Assembly: GCF_009914755.1 (NCBI RefSeq)
Contig: NC_060942.1
Origin: the human T2T-CHM13v2.0 reference genome, Homo sapiens
Direction: 5' to 3' (one strand)
DNA length: 64,000 bases
Below, piece by piece: positions 28,004 to 40,865 of the stretch. The notes under the pieces were generated by a model. It saw only the letters and a program-made list of their open reading frames with translations, did not search any database and was not told the origin of the DNA. The translations under genes were made by a program, and so were the position numbers. How positions within the stretch are numbered: the first letter of the stretch is position 1; every line of letters begins with the position of its first letter.

Positions 28004-28779
28004 GCCCTTTACTTTTGAAAGATCACATTTGATAATCTGTTTGTTATCCCTGGATCTTATCATAGAAACTCAATTACAGTCAAGTACTATCTGAAGCACA
28101 AAAATGCTATTGAAATGAATGGTTTGAACTTTTTTAAAGGTCACATGTGAACCTCATGGAATGTGATTTTGTTGATGTGAGCATTGAACTTTTCCACACT
28201 TCTATTCTCCCTTCCTCTTGAAATGCATTGCTTTCCCCAGACAGAAATGGCTAGAAAGTCATTTCATCAAGAGAACACCTTTCCTTTGTTTTTGTGTAGG
28301 GCTCCCTTCTGCTGCTAAAGTCTTGGCAGCTGTCATGTTCACTCTCTGTTGTTCAGGGATTTCACTTTGGTTTTTGGTGTTTTAATTAGAATCATTACAA
28401 CTCTGTACTTGATGGCATCTCTTTGGGGTGGTGTGTGATATGTGATTCTCAGTCTCTACGAGCCACCAGCTCCCTGAGAGGACAGAAGGATAAAGGCCCA
28501 CTTTCCAACACTTTTTCTGATGATTAGAACCAGCTTACAACTCCAGCAATGTTCCCCAACACTCTGAACACGAACTCTGTCAGACACGTGTCCATCAATA
28601 CCTGATTTAACCTCTATAGCCAAGGTATGGAGGCCCACTGTGGACGTCTGGAGCATGGGCTCACAGGGGTAAGAGAGTCCCCCTAGAACAAAGCTGTTTT
28701 AGGTGAGGGCATCTTCCAGGGAAACAGCTCCTTGGAGGGGTAGGTTCCAAAGGACAGAAAGGCCTGTGTTTGGGAAGTG

Positions 28780-28935
28780 ACTTTTTATTAGCTAGCCTTG
28801 CCATTCTGCCAGATGATACTTGCATTTCTTCATCTGCAAAAGGGGATGGTATAACTACGTACAGGGTTCTATGGAGATAACTGTCTATGTCCACACACCT
28901 AGAACCAGCATAGATTCTCAATGATCATTTATTGA
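28780..28935 (+). mobile_element. MIR
   Basis: tttcttcatctgcaaaaggggatggtataa. Confidence 0.6.
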
Positions 28936-31900
28936 CTATAGAAAGGTTTTAAATGAAATACACAGGTTAAACATTCTCTTTAAAAAGAGAGCTTGAAGGA
29001 AAAGTGCTTAAAGACCTGGCAGATGAAGATCCATATTTCATCTTGCCTACAATTTTCAGTTGTACATTGTTTCAAAATTGAAGCAGGCTTTAAAGCACTG
29101 TTAGTTCATGCACATGTTTCCCTGGAAAAGCATAATTAATGAGCCAGGTGCACATGGAGAAAGCAAGAGAATGGCCAAGCCCCAGCAGCTGGGTGAGGAA
29201 AGCAGCGAATGACCAGTCAGTGGAGAGGCAGCAACACTCATGCCTGGGCTGTGGCAGGAAGAGCCATGCCTTTGCAGAGTCAATTCAGAGCACCGTGTGA
29301 GTTTGGGTCCATTCTGCCCTTTGAAAGGGAGGACTCTTCTTCATTTCTAAGATGTTGCTAAGGGAGAAGGGGTGAAAAACTGCAGACGTCTCTTTTACCC
29401 TTTTTGCTTCTAACTCTTTCTAATGCTCAGAGAAATCCCCAGTTTATGAACCTCCGTGGTAAGCAGAGGTACCTCCCACTCAGAAGCTGAACACGGCAGA
29501 TCCTCATGTCCCAGCCTTCCTGGAAACAGAGGGCAGAGGCCCCTCCACAGAGGGCAGCAGTGTCAGCAGGCTAGAAATGACAACGGGGCCCCATGCCAGG
29601 GTGGGCAGTGGGCAAGTCCCAGCTCGAGTGCCTGGCAGTGAGGGCCACGTGTCCTCTCCGGCCAGGCCTGGGTGGGATTTGAGGTTTAAATAAATTCATC
29701 TGCTGCTCAAATAAGTCAGTTGGTTTCTGTCCTTACAATGAATAAGTCTGACTGGGCAATGTCTTATTTAATTAAAGTATTTAATTTTACATCTTTCCTC
29801 TTTGTCCTCTGCACACTTCCCATGTAGTCCATGAATTAATTGAAGATGTTGCCTCTTTTGCAAACTCTTGAGCCAACGTATTTTCTACTTCCTTGGGGTA
29901 CTTGTCTTCTGTTTGAATGAAATGCTACCAGAAATTGTTCATGTTTTGAGATCACCTACACTTATCACCCACTAAGCTCAACTTTCCCTCCTGGAGGAGG
30001 CTAGAGGCAGCCTGTCCCCTCCTCTTTCCTGTCTTTTATGCTTCTCAGCACCAGCCAAGGCTCCAGCTAAGACAGGAGCGCTGCTCCAAAGTGGCCAAGG
30101 TGGATTTGCATCCTGCCTGTTCTTTGCAGAGCCATTAAGCTGTGCGGGTACCCAGGTGATCACTCTGCCAACCCTTGTGATGTGACATCAGGCAACTACA
30201 TATCATGGACTCAAATTCAGCTGCTAATATTTTTCGTGTCCTTGAATTAACTAAGAGGCTGGGTTGAGAATTTTAAAGTAATTCAAAACAGATTAAAACT
30301 CTTCTGTATATTTGTTGTGACTTTACTGGGTTTACCAGGAAGATGGAGAAATACACAAAAAATATGGAGCTCTTACATGTAATGAAAAATTCAAATAATT
30401 TTTTCAGTCTCCAAAGTTCAACTGTAGTCTCTAATCTGTCATGAATCAGGCCAGTTTCCCATTACCTTTAGTGAATTCACATGCCATGGCCAGGACAAAA
30501 ACTTGAACCTGCTCATATTCCTTCTAGGGTGGACCAGGCAATACAGACAGACCCGGCAAGGCAGTTTGAACAATTTGCTTGCACTCAGAAGAGGAATGTG
30601 GGCCCCCGGAACACAAGCCTCTACGAGACTTGAAAGCAAATCTGGGTTTTCCCATTGCCTTTATGTTTTATGAGGGTTGGGGAAATGTTGGCTGTTTACT
30701 AATTATCAAAGCTGTTTTTATGACTTCCCCAAAGGAAAACAAAAAAGGAAAGGGCCCAAGTGTATTCATTTAGGCCTGGGATGAAAGCTTGACCTTTAGC
30801 GCACTTGGGGAACTGGATGGTTTGTAGTGCTGGAAAATAAAACTCGGAATGCATGTTCAGGAAAGCAGGAAGCTTTGAAGTTGAAAAAGCCAAACAGGAA
30901 CAGCTGTCGTGATTGGTGCGGTGCACATTCGGCCTGACGTGACAGACCTGTCCCATGCACTGTCCCTGTGCCTGAGGGACAGCTGGGGAGCAGCAAGGAG
31001 CCTTTCCTTTCATGGGGATTTCTGCTGGTGTCCCTTGGACATACAACTCCTGATTCATGCAGAACACAGAAAACAAGCCCAGAGACCACCGGGGACCTTG
31101 AGGTCTGCCCCAGAGGAAATAACGTGGCCATATTCACACAACCAGTCTTGCAGGGAAGCCCCACATACAAGGAAAATAGAAGAGAGCATGCCATTACTGT
31201 TGAAAGTTTAATTATAATGATTTAAGGCTATCAATCAAGTTTAACTGGAACACAAACACGTCTGCCTTTTTAGCTTCTGAGACTCTGGAATTGGCGCCCA
31301 GTGGAAAAATATTTTCTTCATGGAAATTTTTAGTTTCACATTAGGATCTACATGTTGGGTAAAATGCCATCCATTACCCCCCAAATTAGCATAAAATATT
31401 CTTTTCCCCAGAGAGGATGTGAAAAATCTTTGAGGTTGTCAGTTACCATAACCACTGGGTTCCAGTATTTATTTGCGTTCCTACTTTGGTCTCTTTTCAA
31501 TGGACAGGCCCTTTACGGCTTCCTTCCTCTTTCTACCAGCGGAAATTGAACAGTAAAAATGGTAAATAACTTGGTTCTACCAGTTCCCAAGATCTAGATT
31601 CTTTCTTTTATATACTCTCTTAAAAATCAGTTCAGTTATGGCACTTTCTAAAAATAAAATTTAGCCTTGCTTTTATTGTTCTCCTAGCTTTGTGTTAACC
31701 TGTTTGAAGAACTTATGACAATGAGCCATTTCCAAGGAACATCGCTGGGTTGACATTCCCAGATGCTTGCGAACTGGGTTTGCAGCACAGATCCACTCTG
31801 ATTTGAAATGTACAGTTTCCTATAAATGCTCTCCAAATGTACATTTATTAGCAGCGTTCCCTCAAATGTAAATTTTGCATTGGGATTATTTCAACAGGGC

Positions 31901-32104
31901 CCCCCTTGTTTTTCTTCACTGCAGCTGTGGGGTATCAGTTGCTGTGGTCCTTATCCAGAAGGCAGAAGGAAGAAAATGGCACCAGGGCTTTTAAATTACA
32001 AACAGAGGAGCTGTTGTGTAAAGTGTTCAATGATTACCATTCATCATGCAGCCACAACAACAAAACCCACCACAACACCTGAGGGACAATACTGGGCTCC
32101 ATGG

Positions 32105-32549
32105 GGTGAACCCAGAAAATCTGAGACAGGTCTCAGTTAATTTAGAAAGTTTATTTTGCCAAGGTTGAGGACACACGCTTGACACAGCCTCAGGATATCC
32201 CAACAACATGTGCCCAAGGTGGTCAGAGCACAGTTTGGTTTTATACATTTTAGGGAGACATGAGACATCAATCAACATATGGAAAACGAACATTGGTTCG
32301 GGGACCACCCAGAAAGGTGGGTCTGGGAGGGAGCTTCTTGGTCCATAGATAGATATGAGACAAACTTTTGCGTTCTGTTGAGTTTCTGATTCGCCTCTCC
32401 AAAAAATGGCAATCAGATATGCATTTATCTCAGTGAGCAGAGGGGTGACTTTGAATAGAATGGGAGGCAGGTTTGCCCTAAGCAGTTCCCAGCTTGACTT
32501 ATCCCTTTAGCTTAGTGATTTTGGGGGCTCAAGATATTTTCCTTTCTCA
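32105..32549 (-). mobile_element. Solo ERV1 LTR, MER4A1-like
   Basis: Sense strand begins TGAGAAAGGAAAATATCTTG...CCCCAAAATCACTAAGCTAAAGG; 4-bp TSD ATGG at 32101-32104 and 32550-32553. Confidence 0.9.
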
Positions 32550-32714
32550 ATGGCTTCAGTTATGAGAATGAGAATTACCTGGTTCAGCACAGACTGCTTA
32601 GGAGAGGCCTGGGGCAGAAAGTCTTGGAGTTTAAAAGGATCCGAGTTACTGGAGCCCTAAGCCCCTTGGGCGCTCCTGTCTATCCCTGCAATGACTTTAC
32701 CCGGCAGCTGATGA

Positions 32715-32840
32715 GCCCACTTCTCAAAGGAGTCACCTGGATCTTGTAAAAATGCAAATGCGAGTTCAGTGGGTCTGGGTGGGGCTGCATTTCTCAGAAG
32801 CTCCTCTGGGCAGGGAGAAGCTCTGGCATCTGCTCTCAGT
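32715..32840. mobile_element. MER5-type hAT fragment
   Basis: gagtcacctggatcttgtaaaaatgcaaat...gggtctgggtgggg...ctgcatttct. Confidence 0.65.
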
Positions 32841-34489
32841 TCCATCCCTGTGGTTTTGTCCCGAAGGCACTGGGTGAGGCCTCTTCCTGAAGCATCCTGG
32901 GTACCTGCGCTGATGCTCCCCTCTGCACTCTGGCCAAAAATAGCCCAAAATGAGGTTTTATTCTAAGCCCTCTGTATGGCCTTACTCTCAAATTCTAGAA
33001 CCAGCTGTCCCAGGATTTCTCCAGTCAATAAGTATCTACATGCTTTTGTTATTAGCCTAAACATGCAACTCTCTCTCGCACTAAGCCCCTACTTGCTCTC
33101 AAGAAATTCCCCTGTGGCAAGATTGTGTTCTTCCTGAATATTTTAGGACTCACCCAGGAGATGTCATACACGTATCCATGGAGCTTTCCTGCTGTCACTC
33201 GGCATCTTGGCCAAGGGGTTCCCCAGCGGGTACCAGACCCCATTCTGAAATGGGGTTTGTTCTTCCTTTGACAGGAGATACTGCTGCAGTCACCGCTACT
33301 CCAGCGAGCACGCTGATGGCTTTCCCTGAACAGGCTGGTGGGGAGTAAGTGTTTCTCCTCCACATTACACTAGACTGAGGTGGGGTTTCACAGAACTTTG
33401 GATTAAGGTGGGAGCTGGTTCCAAATTGTTGGAAAAATTGTCTTGAGGGGAGCTTGGAGTCCTGGAAATAACATGAGCTGTGGAGTCGAACATCACAGCC
33501 CAGTGGTAGGTGGCATTTGTGCTGGGCCTGCCCGAGCAGCCTGTCAGGGACAACCTTCAGAGACAGTGTCATAACAGGTGTGCACACCCTGCTACACATT
33601 CATCTCAGGGTGAGCTGTCGGACCCTCAGGCTATGGGACTGTTGTGCCCCATGGTCAGGGTGGCATTGGCTCCTCCTCCCCTGGAATGGACAGGGACTGG
33701 GGAACCACGTCTGGATTTGTAATTGTCTAATGTGGAAGTCTGCAGCAAAGTTTGCCCCATCTTCTTGTGGTTGGCAAGCATGATGGTATATGTGCATGTG
33801 TGCATGTGAGTGTGTGGGGGGTGAACAAAATTGATATCCTAAGCATTTGTCTGTGCCCACTTTGAAGGAGGTCACCTCTGTATTTTGGGAGGGATCCTGC
33901 TTCAAAGGCGTGGATCTTTAACGTGGATATTTGAGGCACCATGTGAGAGCAGGAGAGGCCCAGAGTGCCTCAGGTGGGTCCATGTGGAGGATGGGAGGAC
34001 CTGACTTCCTGGCTCTGACTGCCCAGCAGGCGTTTGTCTGCAGACGCTGCTTCAGCAGGGAGAAGCTACAGAAATGCCACCCCCTGGGTGGGACAGGAGA
34101 CACTGATCCTGGTGTGAGTGATGGGTGTGTGATCTCTTCTGCCCCGAACCTGGCATAGAAATCCCCTCTCAACAGAATACTCTCAGCAAATCTTGCCTCT
34201 CCCTTTGGCACAATGTGGCTTTTCTTTTCAGAAAGTCAAAGGTATGCATATTCATAGCGTAAGATGTCAATAGCACTCCCAGGCTTCCAATGAAAAAGAA
34301 CAATGGCTCCCCACCTCACAGCCCCACTGCTGATTCCTGCTCTCTGGTGGCAGCGTCTCTCACCTGGCTTGGCAGCGTCTCTTACCTGCCTTGCCTGGAT
34401 CTCCCTGCATTTGAGTCTACAGATGACCCAGGCGATGTCTTGGTTTTCCATGTGAGCTGGGATCATTGATGGGGAGTTCCCTTTCTCTC

Positions 34490-35310
34490 AACTCCTCCCA
34501 CCCCTTCCTCCTTACCTCTACGCCTCTTCCTCTCAGTTCAACATCATGATGTCGCCATTTTGGATGGAGTCAGTATTCCTCATTTACGTTATTTGAACTG
34601 TGTTACTTTTATTCGCAGTTGAGTCATAGTATAATATGATTGCTTTTCCTTTTGTACAAGTTTTCCTGCTTTGAATTAATAATTGCCTCTTTCTTGTTGT
34701 TTGCTTAGCTTTCTAAATACCTATCACGAATTCCTTCCCAAAATCTTCCACAGAAATGAACATTTCCTTGGAAGAAATCCGTGCACATTCTATGCTTGGT
34801 CAGTTGTATGTAGCCTGTTGCTGTTATTGTCATCAGTGCTGTTACTCTTGTGGTTCCTTGGGTGCCCTGCTGCCACCTGGGCTAGGCTGTTCCCGAAGCC
34901 TGTGGCTCAGCTCTCACCCAAGGCCTCCATGATTCTGAATTCATGTCCTCCTTCTCCCATCCTGATTCCCTGTGCTCTTATTTCTTGTCCTCCACTCCTC
35001 TAGCTTATGATTGCACTCAACTGCATGTTTCCTGAGGCCTTCCTGAGGAAGAATGCCTGGGAAGAAGCATCCCAAGGCTTCCGCACATGAAGATCCACAA
35101 CTCCATGCTCACGCTTCATTGACAGGTTAGCTAGGTATAGAATTCTAGGCTGGAAGTCATTTTGCCTTGATTCTGAAAGCATTGCTTCATGGTGTAGCAA
35201 TTGAGAAGCTGTATGACATTCTGTTCTCCAAGCTTTTATGTGAGGCGTGTTTTATTTTTCCCTCTGGGAAGATTCAGGATGTTTTCTGAAATGTCAACTT
35301 GATATGCCCA
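34490..35310 (-). mobile_element. HAL1 / old L1 ORF1-like remnant
   Basis: ORF 35000..35200(-) contains NDFQPRILYLANLS, the L1/HAL1 ORF1 FQPRILYPAKLS motif. Confidence 0.7.
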
Positions 35311-38189
35311 TTGCCACCATAGACAGTGTTGTGGTTGGTGGAGAGATGCCAGCAGTTTCAGTTAAAAACATAAGTAGACAGAGCCTTAGATAATTTCTTG
35401 GAATTTCCCACACCCAGTATGGGATGGGAACAGCAGTGACACCCGAATGTCCGAGAGAGGCAGAGAAGGAATGAAGCAATGCACTGGCCCCTAAGGGACT
35501 TCATGAACAAGGGACAAGTTATGGTGACACAGCTGGGCCAGTTGTGAAGACCTGGCAAGAATGATGGTTGGCTCAGAAGACGTGAGTGGAGAGAGATAAG
35601 GTATGGATGTCTCCTTGCTCAATTTCTTGGCACCATACAAAGCCCCCAGCACTTATCCCCAACCGCAGGAGTAACAGGGAAAAGAACAAATGTATTGGGA
35701 TTGGTGTGCTACCACTCTGCAAAACTGGGCATTTAAAATATTACTTAAATTTAGTTATAGAAAAAAGTAAGAAATAATATTTCTTGTACATCTAAAATAT
35801 GAACAGAGATTTCACTTGCTGTGAAATTAAATATACTTATGTCTGTTTCTTCTATAAACTCCTTAAGGGCAAGAAATGGATCTTACTTATTTTTGATAAC
35901 CTCAGAACTTGCCTCATTTTAGGGGTCAAGGCAATGTTTACTGAATTAAACCAACAAAGAGGATACAAAGGACTCTGGCTACTGGAATCCCATTTGCTTG
36001 ATGCATTTGGTTCAAATTCACAGGACTCACCCATTTGCCCAGCCTGTCCTGCCCTGTGGGGTGGGCCTGGCGTCCAGGGGCAGGCTGGAAATGCATCTCC
36101 CTGTTCTCCCCAGCCTCCCTCCTAGGGCAGGGCCTCAAGCCACGACGCAGGTCTGGTGCAAAAGGGACTTTCTGCCCCAGAAACACAGAGCTGGTCATTT
36201 TGCCCAGTTTTCTCCTGGCGGTGTTTCCACTCACCAGCTTATGCCTCTCAAATGACACAGAGATGTTTTCAGAATGCCTTCTCCTTGCAGCTTCACTTGA
36301 GCACCCCTAGCTAGGAGCAGGGTGCTCAGTGGCCCCAGAACTTGCTATACTGTTTGGTACAGAGCAGGCTGTTTGCAAATGTTTGTTGGATTAATTACTC
36401 GTCTGATGAAACAAGAGAATGCAAGTCATTCCTCCTAAGGAAATGAGCACTGGTCAGCAGGAAATCACCCTGTGCAAGCCCCCGACACTTCTACAAGGCA
36501 GATGCTGGGAAGGATGAATGTGCAGAAGTGGAAGAACAGGGGGAGGGAGGAAAGCCTGGGCAGGCTCAAGGCCTCTCTCTTCCCTCCACTCTAGCAGATT
36601 GCGAGCATGGGACACCCAGCCCTCCTTGGATATCAGGGGCAGCAGTACATCTTCCTCCTTGCCTGCTGGCTCTCAGAAGCTCAGGCCTCTGTCTGGGGAT
36701 GTCCAGTGGCCAAGTGCTTCAGTGCTGGGCTTCCCAGAGGACAGTCCTGAGCCAGGCCCATATTCAGGCCAGGTCCCATAGCCATAAAGGGACATCTTCG
36801 TTGGTGGGCATGACACAATGGGCTAACCTGGTGGTTTCTCATAAGTTAGCTTCACAAACCAATGAATTTACATTTCCAAGAACATGTCACTGGCCTCCTT
36901 ACAGGGGACTTAAAAGGAACTAATTGGTCATTTCTGAAACAAAGTGCTAAGTCACATTGTAACGGCCCCATGAAGCTCCCAGAACGCAAAAGAACAGCCC
37001 TGTATCCCTAAAATGATCGTGGATGGAGTTCCTCTCCCAGCCATGAGTCAGGGCCCTCAATGTGGTGTGGCTTTCACTGGGAAGCCATGAGCTCAGAGGG
37101 AGCAGTGGCCAGCTGACTGGCCCACGTGATCGGTGCCTGCGCTGCTGTCCGGGTGAGCCGCCTGGGCAGGACGACACTGAGAGACACTCTTCCCTGAGCC
37201 TGGAAGTTGCACCTCACCTCACCTGGAGATTTGGAAATTGGGGCCTGAATCATCCCCCCGATCTTCATGTCAGCCTGAAGATTTCCATACTGAAGCAGGA
37301 AGCTACATTCACGAACACTTCATAACCTCCTTGGGGTCGGAGCAACTTTATGAATACCACCATCCCAGGTGGGAAACATCTTTAGGCAATATTTAGAGAT
37401 ACTGTAAACGATTTTTATTTTTATCATAAATTCCTAGTTTCCTGTGCAATCTCAGTATTTTAAGATGCTTGTTGGACGTAAGTTAAAGCTGGGGATGATG
37501 CCATTAATATGGACCACAGTGGACCTTCCATCAAGGGGCTGCTGTCCTCTTGGTGACACCAGGCCCAGGTTCTCGCAGAAAGGCTCGAGAGCAGACCCTC
37601 GTGGGCCCAGCTACCCGGCCTCATTCTGCTGGATAGGAGCTGACCCTGGATCCCACCCACTGTTGGGAAAGGGACGCCTCCTGGCCACTGGAGGAAGCCG
37701 GCCTTCAGAGATCCAGGACAGAGTCCTTTGCCAGCTCCAAGCACAATGCCCTTTGACTTCACAAATGAATCAGCCCAGACACAGCTCAGCTTTGCCTGGA
37801 AAAGAAATCGTATGTTGAAGCATTAAGGCTAAGAAGAGCCTGACTCAATGTGTATTGTGCTCTGTGATTTCTGAGCTCTCGGGCCTGTTTCTGAGCTCCA
37901 CCCTGCTGGGCAGAGCAGACAAACCAGCGCGGCTCGGCTCACGGACTGCACAGCTTGCTTCGTTTAAACGTAGCCTCCACACAGCCCCCAGCCACGTTCT
38001 CATGTGATTTTTATGGGAATTCTCTCATAGAGTTATAGATATGTCCTATAACCCCATTTCCTTCATGTGTTTATACCGCTGCTTCCCACTGTCCCATCTG
38101 CGGTGCACCCTGGAAGCCCCTCACTCTGCTCCCCACATCCTGCTCCGTGGGGAGTGGAGGGAAAGCCCAAATGGTCCTCTACCGCTCAC

Positions 38190-38360
38190 TAGGGCTGGGG
38201 ACTTTGGGAAATGTATTTTATTTTTCTAAGTTTCAATTTCCTCATCTGTAAAATAGGGATAATAATGTACTTACCAAAGCAACATAATCAAAATGAATCT
38301 CTTAGTATACCACCTGGCATGTGCTATGTGAGGCCTCCACTTTAACTATTATTATTATTT
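38190..38360 (+). mobile_element. MIR
   Basis: tcaatttcctcatctgtaaaatagggataataat. Confidence 0.8.
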
Positions 38361-39137
38361 TCCTACGGGGGCATTTGCAAAGAAAAACACGAGCCCATAG
38401 AGTTTTTCAAATGTTTTTGGGAACTCCCCAGGGTGAAACTTTCTCTGCAGATTGTATACAGATCTTACCACCATCTGAAGCAGGGGCCTCAAGACCCATG
38501 GACGATCTGTGAGCACCTCGGCACAGGAGAGGGCCTTCCCTCCACTCCCCCAACCCCTCAGTACTCTCCAAGACCTACTTCCAATTTCATTAATTGGATA
38601 AACAATGTAACTGCAGATGTGCTTACTAGGAAACACTTGATTAATAAGTCAGATAATATAAAACACAGAAAACAACGCTTTCTTGAGAACATCTATGTGC
38701 CAAGCATTATGGCCAATGCTCTCATAGGTTACCTCAAATGCTGTGATTTGAGAAGGATCTTTCTGTGAAAGATCTATCTACCCCCTCTCCAGTGGTCCCG
38801 TTATCATTACAGAATGTTAATTAGTCATGTCTTTTAGTGGAGTCCTTGCAGGCCTTTGCTGAAATGCAAATTTTATCTAGAAGGAAAAGTTCAAAGTGCA
38901 ATTATCGTTGAGCGTAAGCTGAGATTTCACGCTGTCTGTTCATCCCATAGAATGGAGGAATGAGCCTGTGAGTTTTTATGACTAAGAACACCCCAAAGTA
39001 CAGGCTTGAGGAGCAAGTATGAACATCATAGAGGTGAAATCTCCACCCTGTCTACTTCTCTCCTGCCCTTCCTTAGTATCTTCCTTCCTTCCCTCCTTGT
39101 ATATGAAGATATTGGCACTACCACCATCCTTTCCTAT

Positions 39138-39648
39138 TGTTAGGAATAATGCTTAAAATCTTAAGGAAATTGAACACTTGAACAAAAGATTTTTAGTAAA
39201 GCAATTTTGTTTTTGCACAGAGGGGTGTCTCTTTGGCCAGTTGCCATGAGAGTACACTTGAACAAAGGGCACGAGAGCCATTATTTTTGACACAAGTTCT
39301 GCCCCTGTACCCTTTTTTCATTGGCTGGGGTTGGGTCGTACAATCTAAACTAATCTCGGTTGGCTAAACATTTGATATTTTTAGATAAGGTGGGTACATA
39401 AAAGAAAAAGAAAGTGATAAGAAAGGGGAAGGGGTGTCTGTAATGAGCTCGAAAATTACTTTTTTGTTTTTTTTTTAGTAAGGAAAGGAATGTAAGTTGG
39501 TACTGATAACGGTTGGTACTGAGGCGTGCCTAGGCATCTAACAAAGGCAAAAAGCAAAAAGGAGAAAAAGAAGAAAAGGGGAGGTACTATGAATGAAAGA
39601 ATAAAAGATGATCGGATTGTTTGAAGAGAAAGCCCATTATATCCCACA
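39138..39648 (-). mobile_element. Solo LTR10-family (HERV-I) LTR
   Basis: TG...CA ends (sense starts TGTGGGATATAATGGG-CTTTCTCTTCAAA); 4-bp TSD CTAT at 39134-39137 and 39649-39652. Confidence 0.85.
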
Positions 39649-40624
39649 CTATGGCCAGGGCAGAATCCTAGAGATTAGGGAGAGATAATTGGGGAAAACA
39701 TCATTGTTGGTTAATGTGGGAGAGCTTTGAAATGGAATCCAGGCGAGGAGCCTGTTGGGACCAGGATGATTAGCTCACAAGAAGTAAAGTCAAAGTTAGT
39801 TATATAGGAAGACTAAGACTGTCTTATTCAGACTAGATGGGGGTTTTCAGAAGGAAATTAATTTTTGAGGTAAAAGATGTGCTTGATTCTCAACACTTTG
39901 GAAGAAAACAAACTACAATTTGGTGTGGAAGACCCCAACCTTCCCCACTTCCTGCCCCTCCCACCAGGGGACAGAACTCATCAGCTCTCCTTCCCCTGGA
40001 GCCGGCGTTCCTGCAGACGGAGACTTTAGAGAGATCCCGGGATCTATAGAGGCTACAGATTCCCAGGGCTCCAGGGCTCAGCACTTTTTGTCAGGAGAGG
40101 CTGCGCTTGTGAGAGAGGGGAAGTCTTTGAAGAAGAGGTGAACAATTCAGACAAGGTGGTGTGGGAGAAGGCTATCCCGGCAGAGGTACCCTGGTGAGTC
40201 AGGGCAGAGATAGGAAACAGAGAAACAGTGTGGCCCTTGCAAGAAACCGCAGATCAATAGCATCCTGCAAACCACACGCTCTAAGAGGGATGTGGAGGGA
40301 GGGGAGAAGAAGTGAAGGAGAAGTGGAGGTAGAGAGGCTACCGGGGTGTTTAGGGCCGCTGGCAGGGCCGCTGGCAAAAATCTGCTTGGGCTTTCAGTCT
40401 GGGTGAGGGAGCGAGGGTTGGATGGAGGACTGAGCCAGGGGCCTACCCTGAAGTCTGGATGAGCTGTTGTCATGAGCAGATGGGATGTCACCTGTCAAGA
40501 TTGCAGTGTCAGGATGCGAGGTCCAGCAGTTTGGGGTTCTGACAACGTCCCACATACACAAAAGTGTGGATGATTGAAGGGCGTGTGAATGAAGACGTAG
40601 TAGTCAAGAAACTAGGTTAGGCTT

Positions 40625-40865
40625 TCTTAAAAAAAAAGTTTAGTTGAAATATAACTCACATACCACGTAATTCACCCATTTGAAGTGATTTTTAGTAAAT
40701 TCATAGAGTTGTGTGACCACCTCCAAGATCCAATTTTAAAACATTTGTGTATCCCTGAAGGAAAATCCCATCCCCATTAACAGCCACACCCTCTGTCCTC
40801 ACACTCACACTCGGCTCCCAAGTCCAGGCAGCCCTGAGTCCACTTTCTGTCTCTAGAATTTGCTG
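40625..40865 (-). mobile_element. L1MB-type 3' end
   Basis: gaaatataactcacatacc...aattcacccatttgaagtg...ttttagtaaattcatagagttgtg...actttctgtctct. Confidence 0.8.

Noticed and set aside
34337-34352. CTCF-like motif (also ccaccaggggacag at 39961)
   Set aside because: Single-mismatch motif hits are common; not supportable without ChIP data
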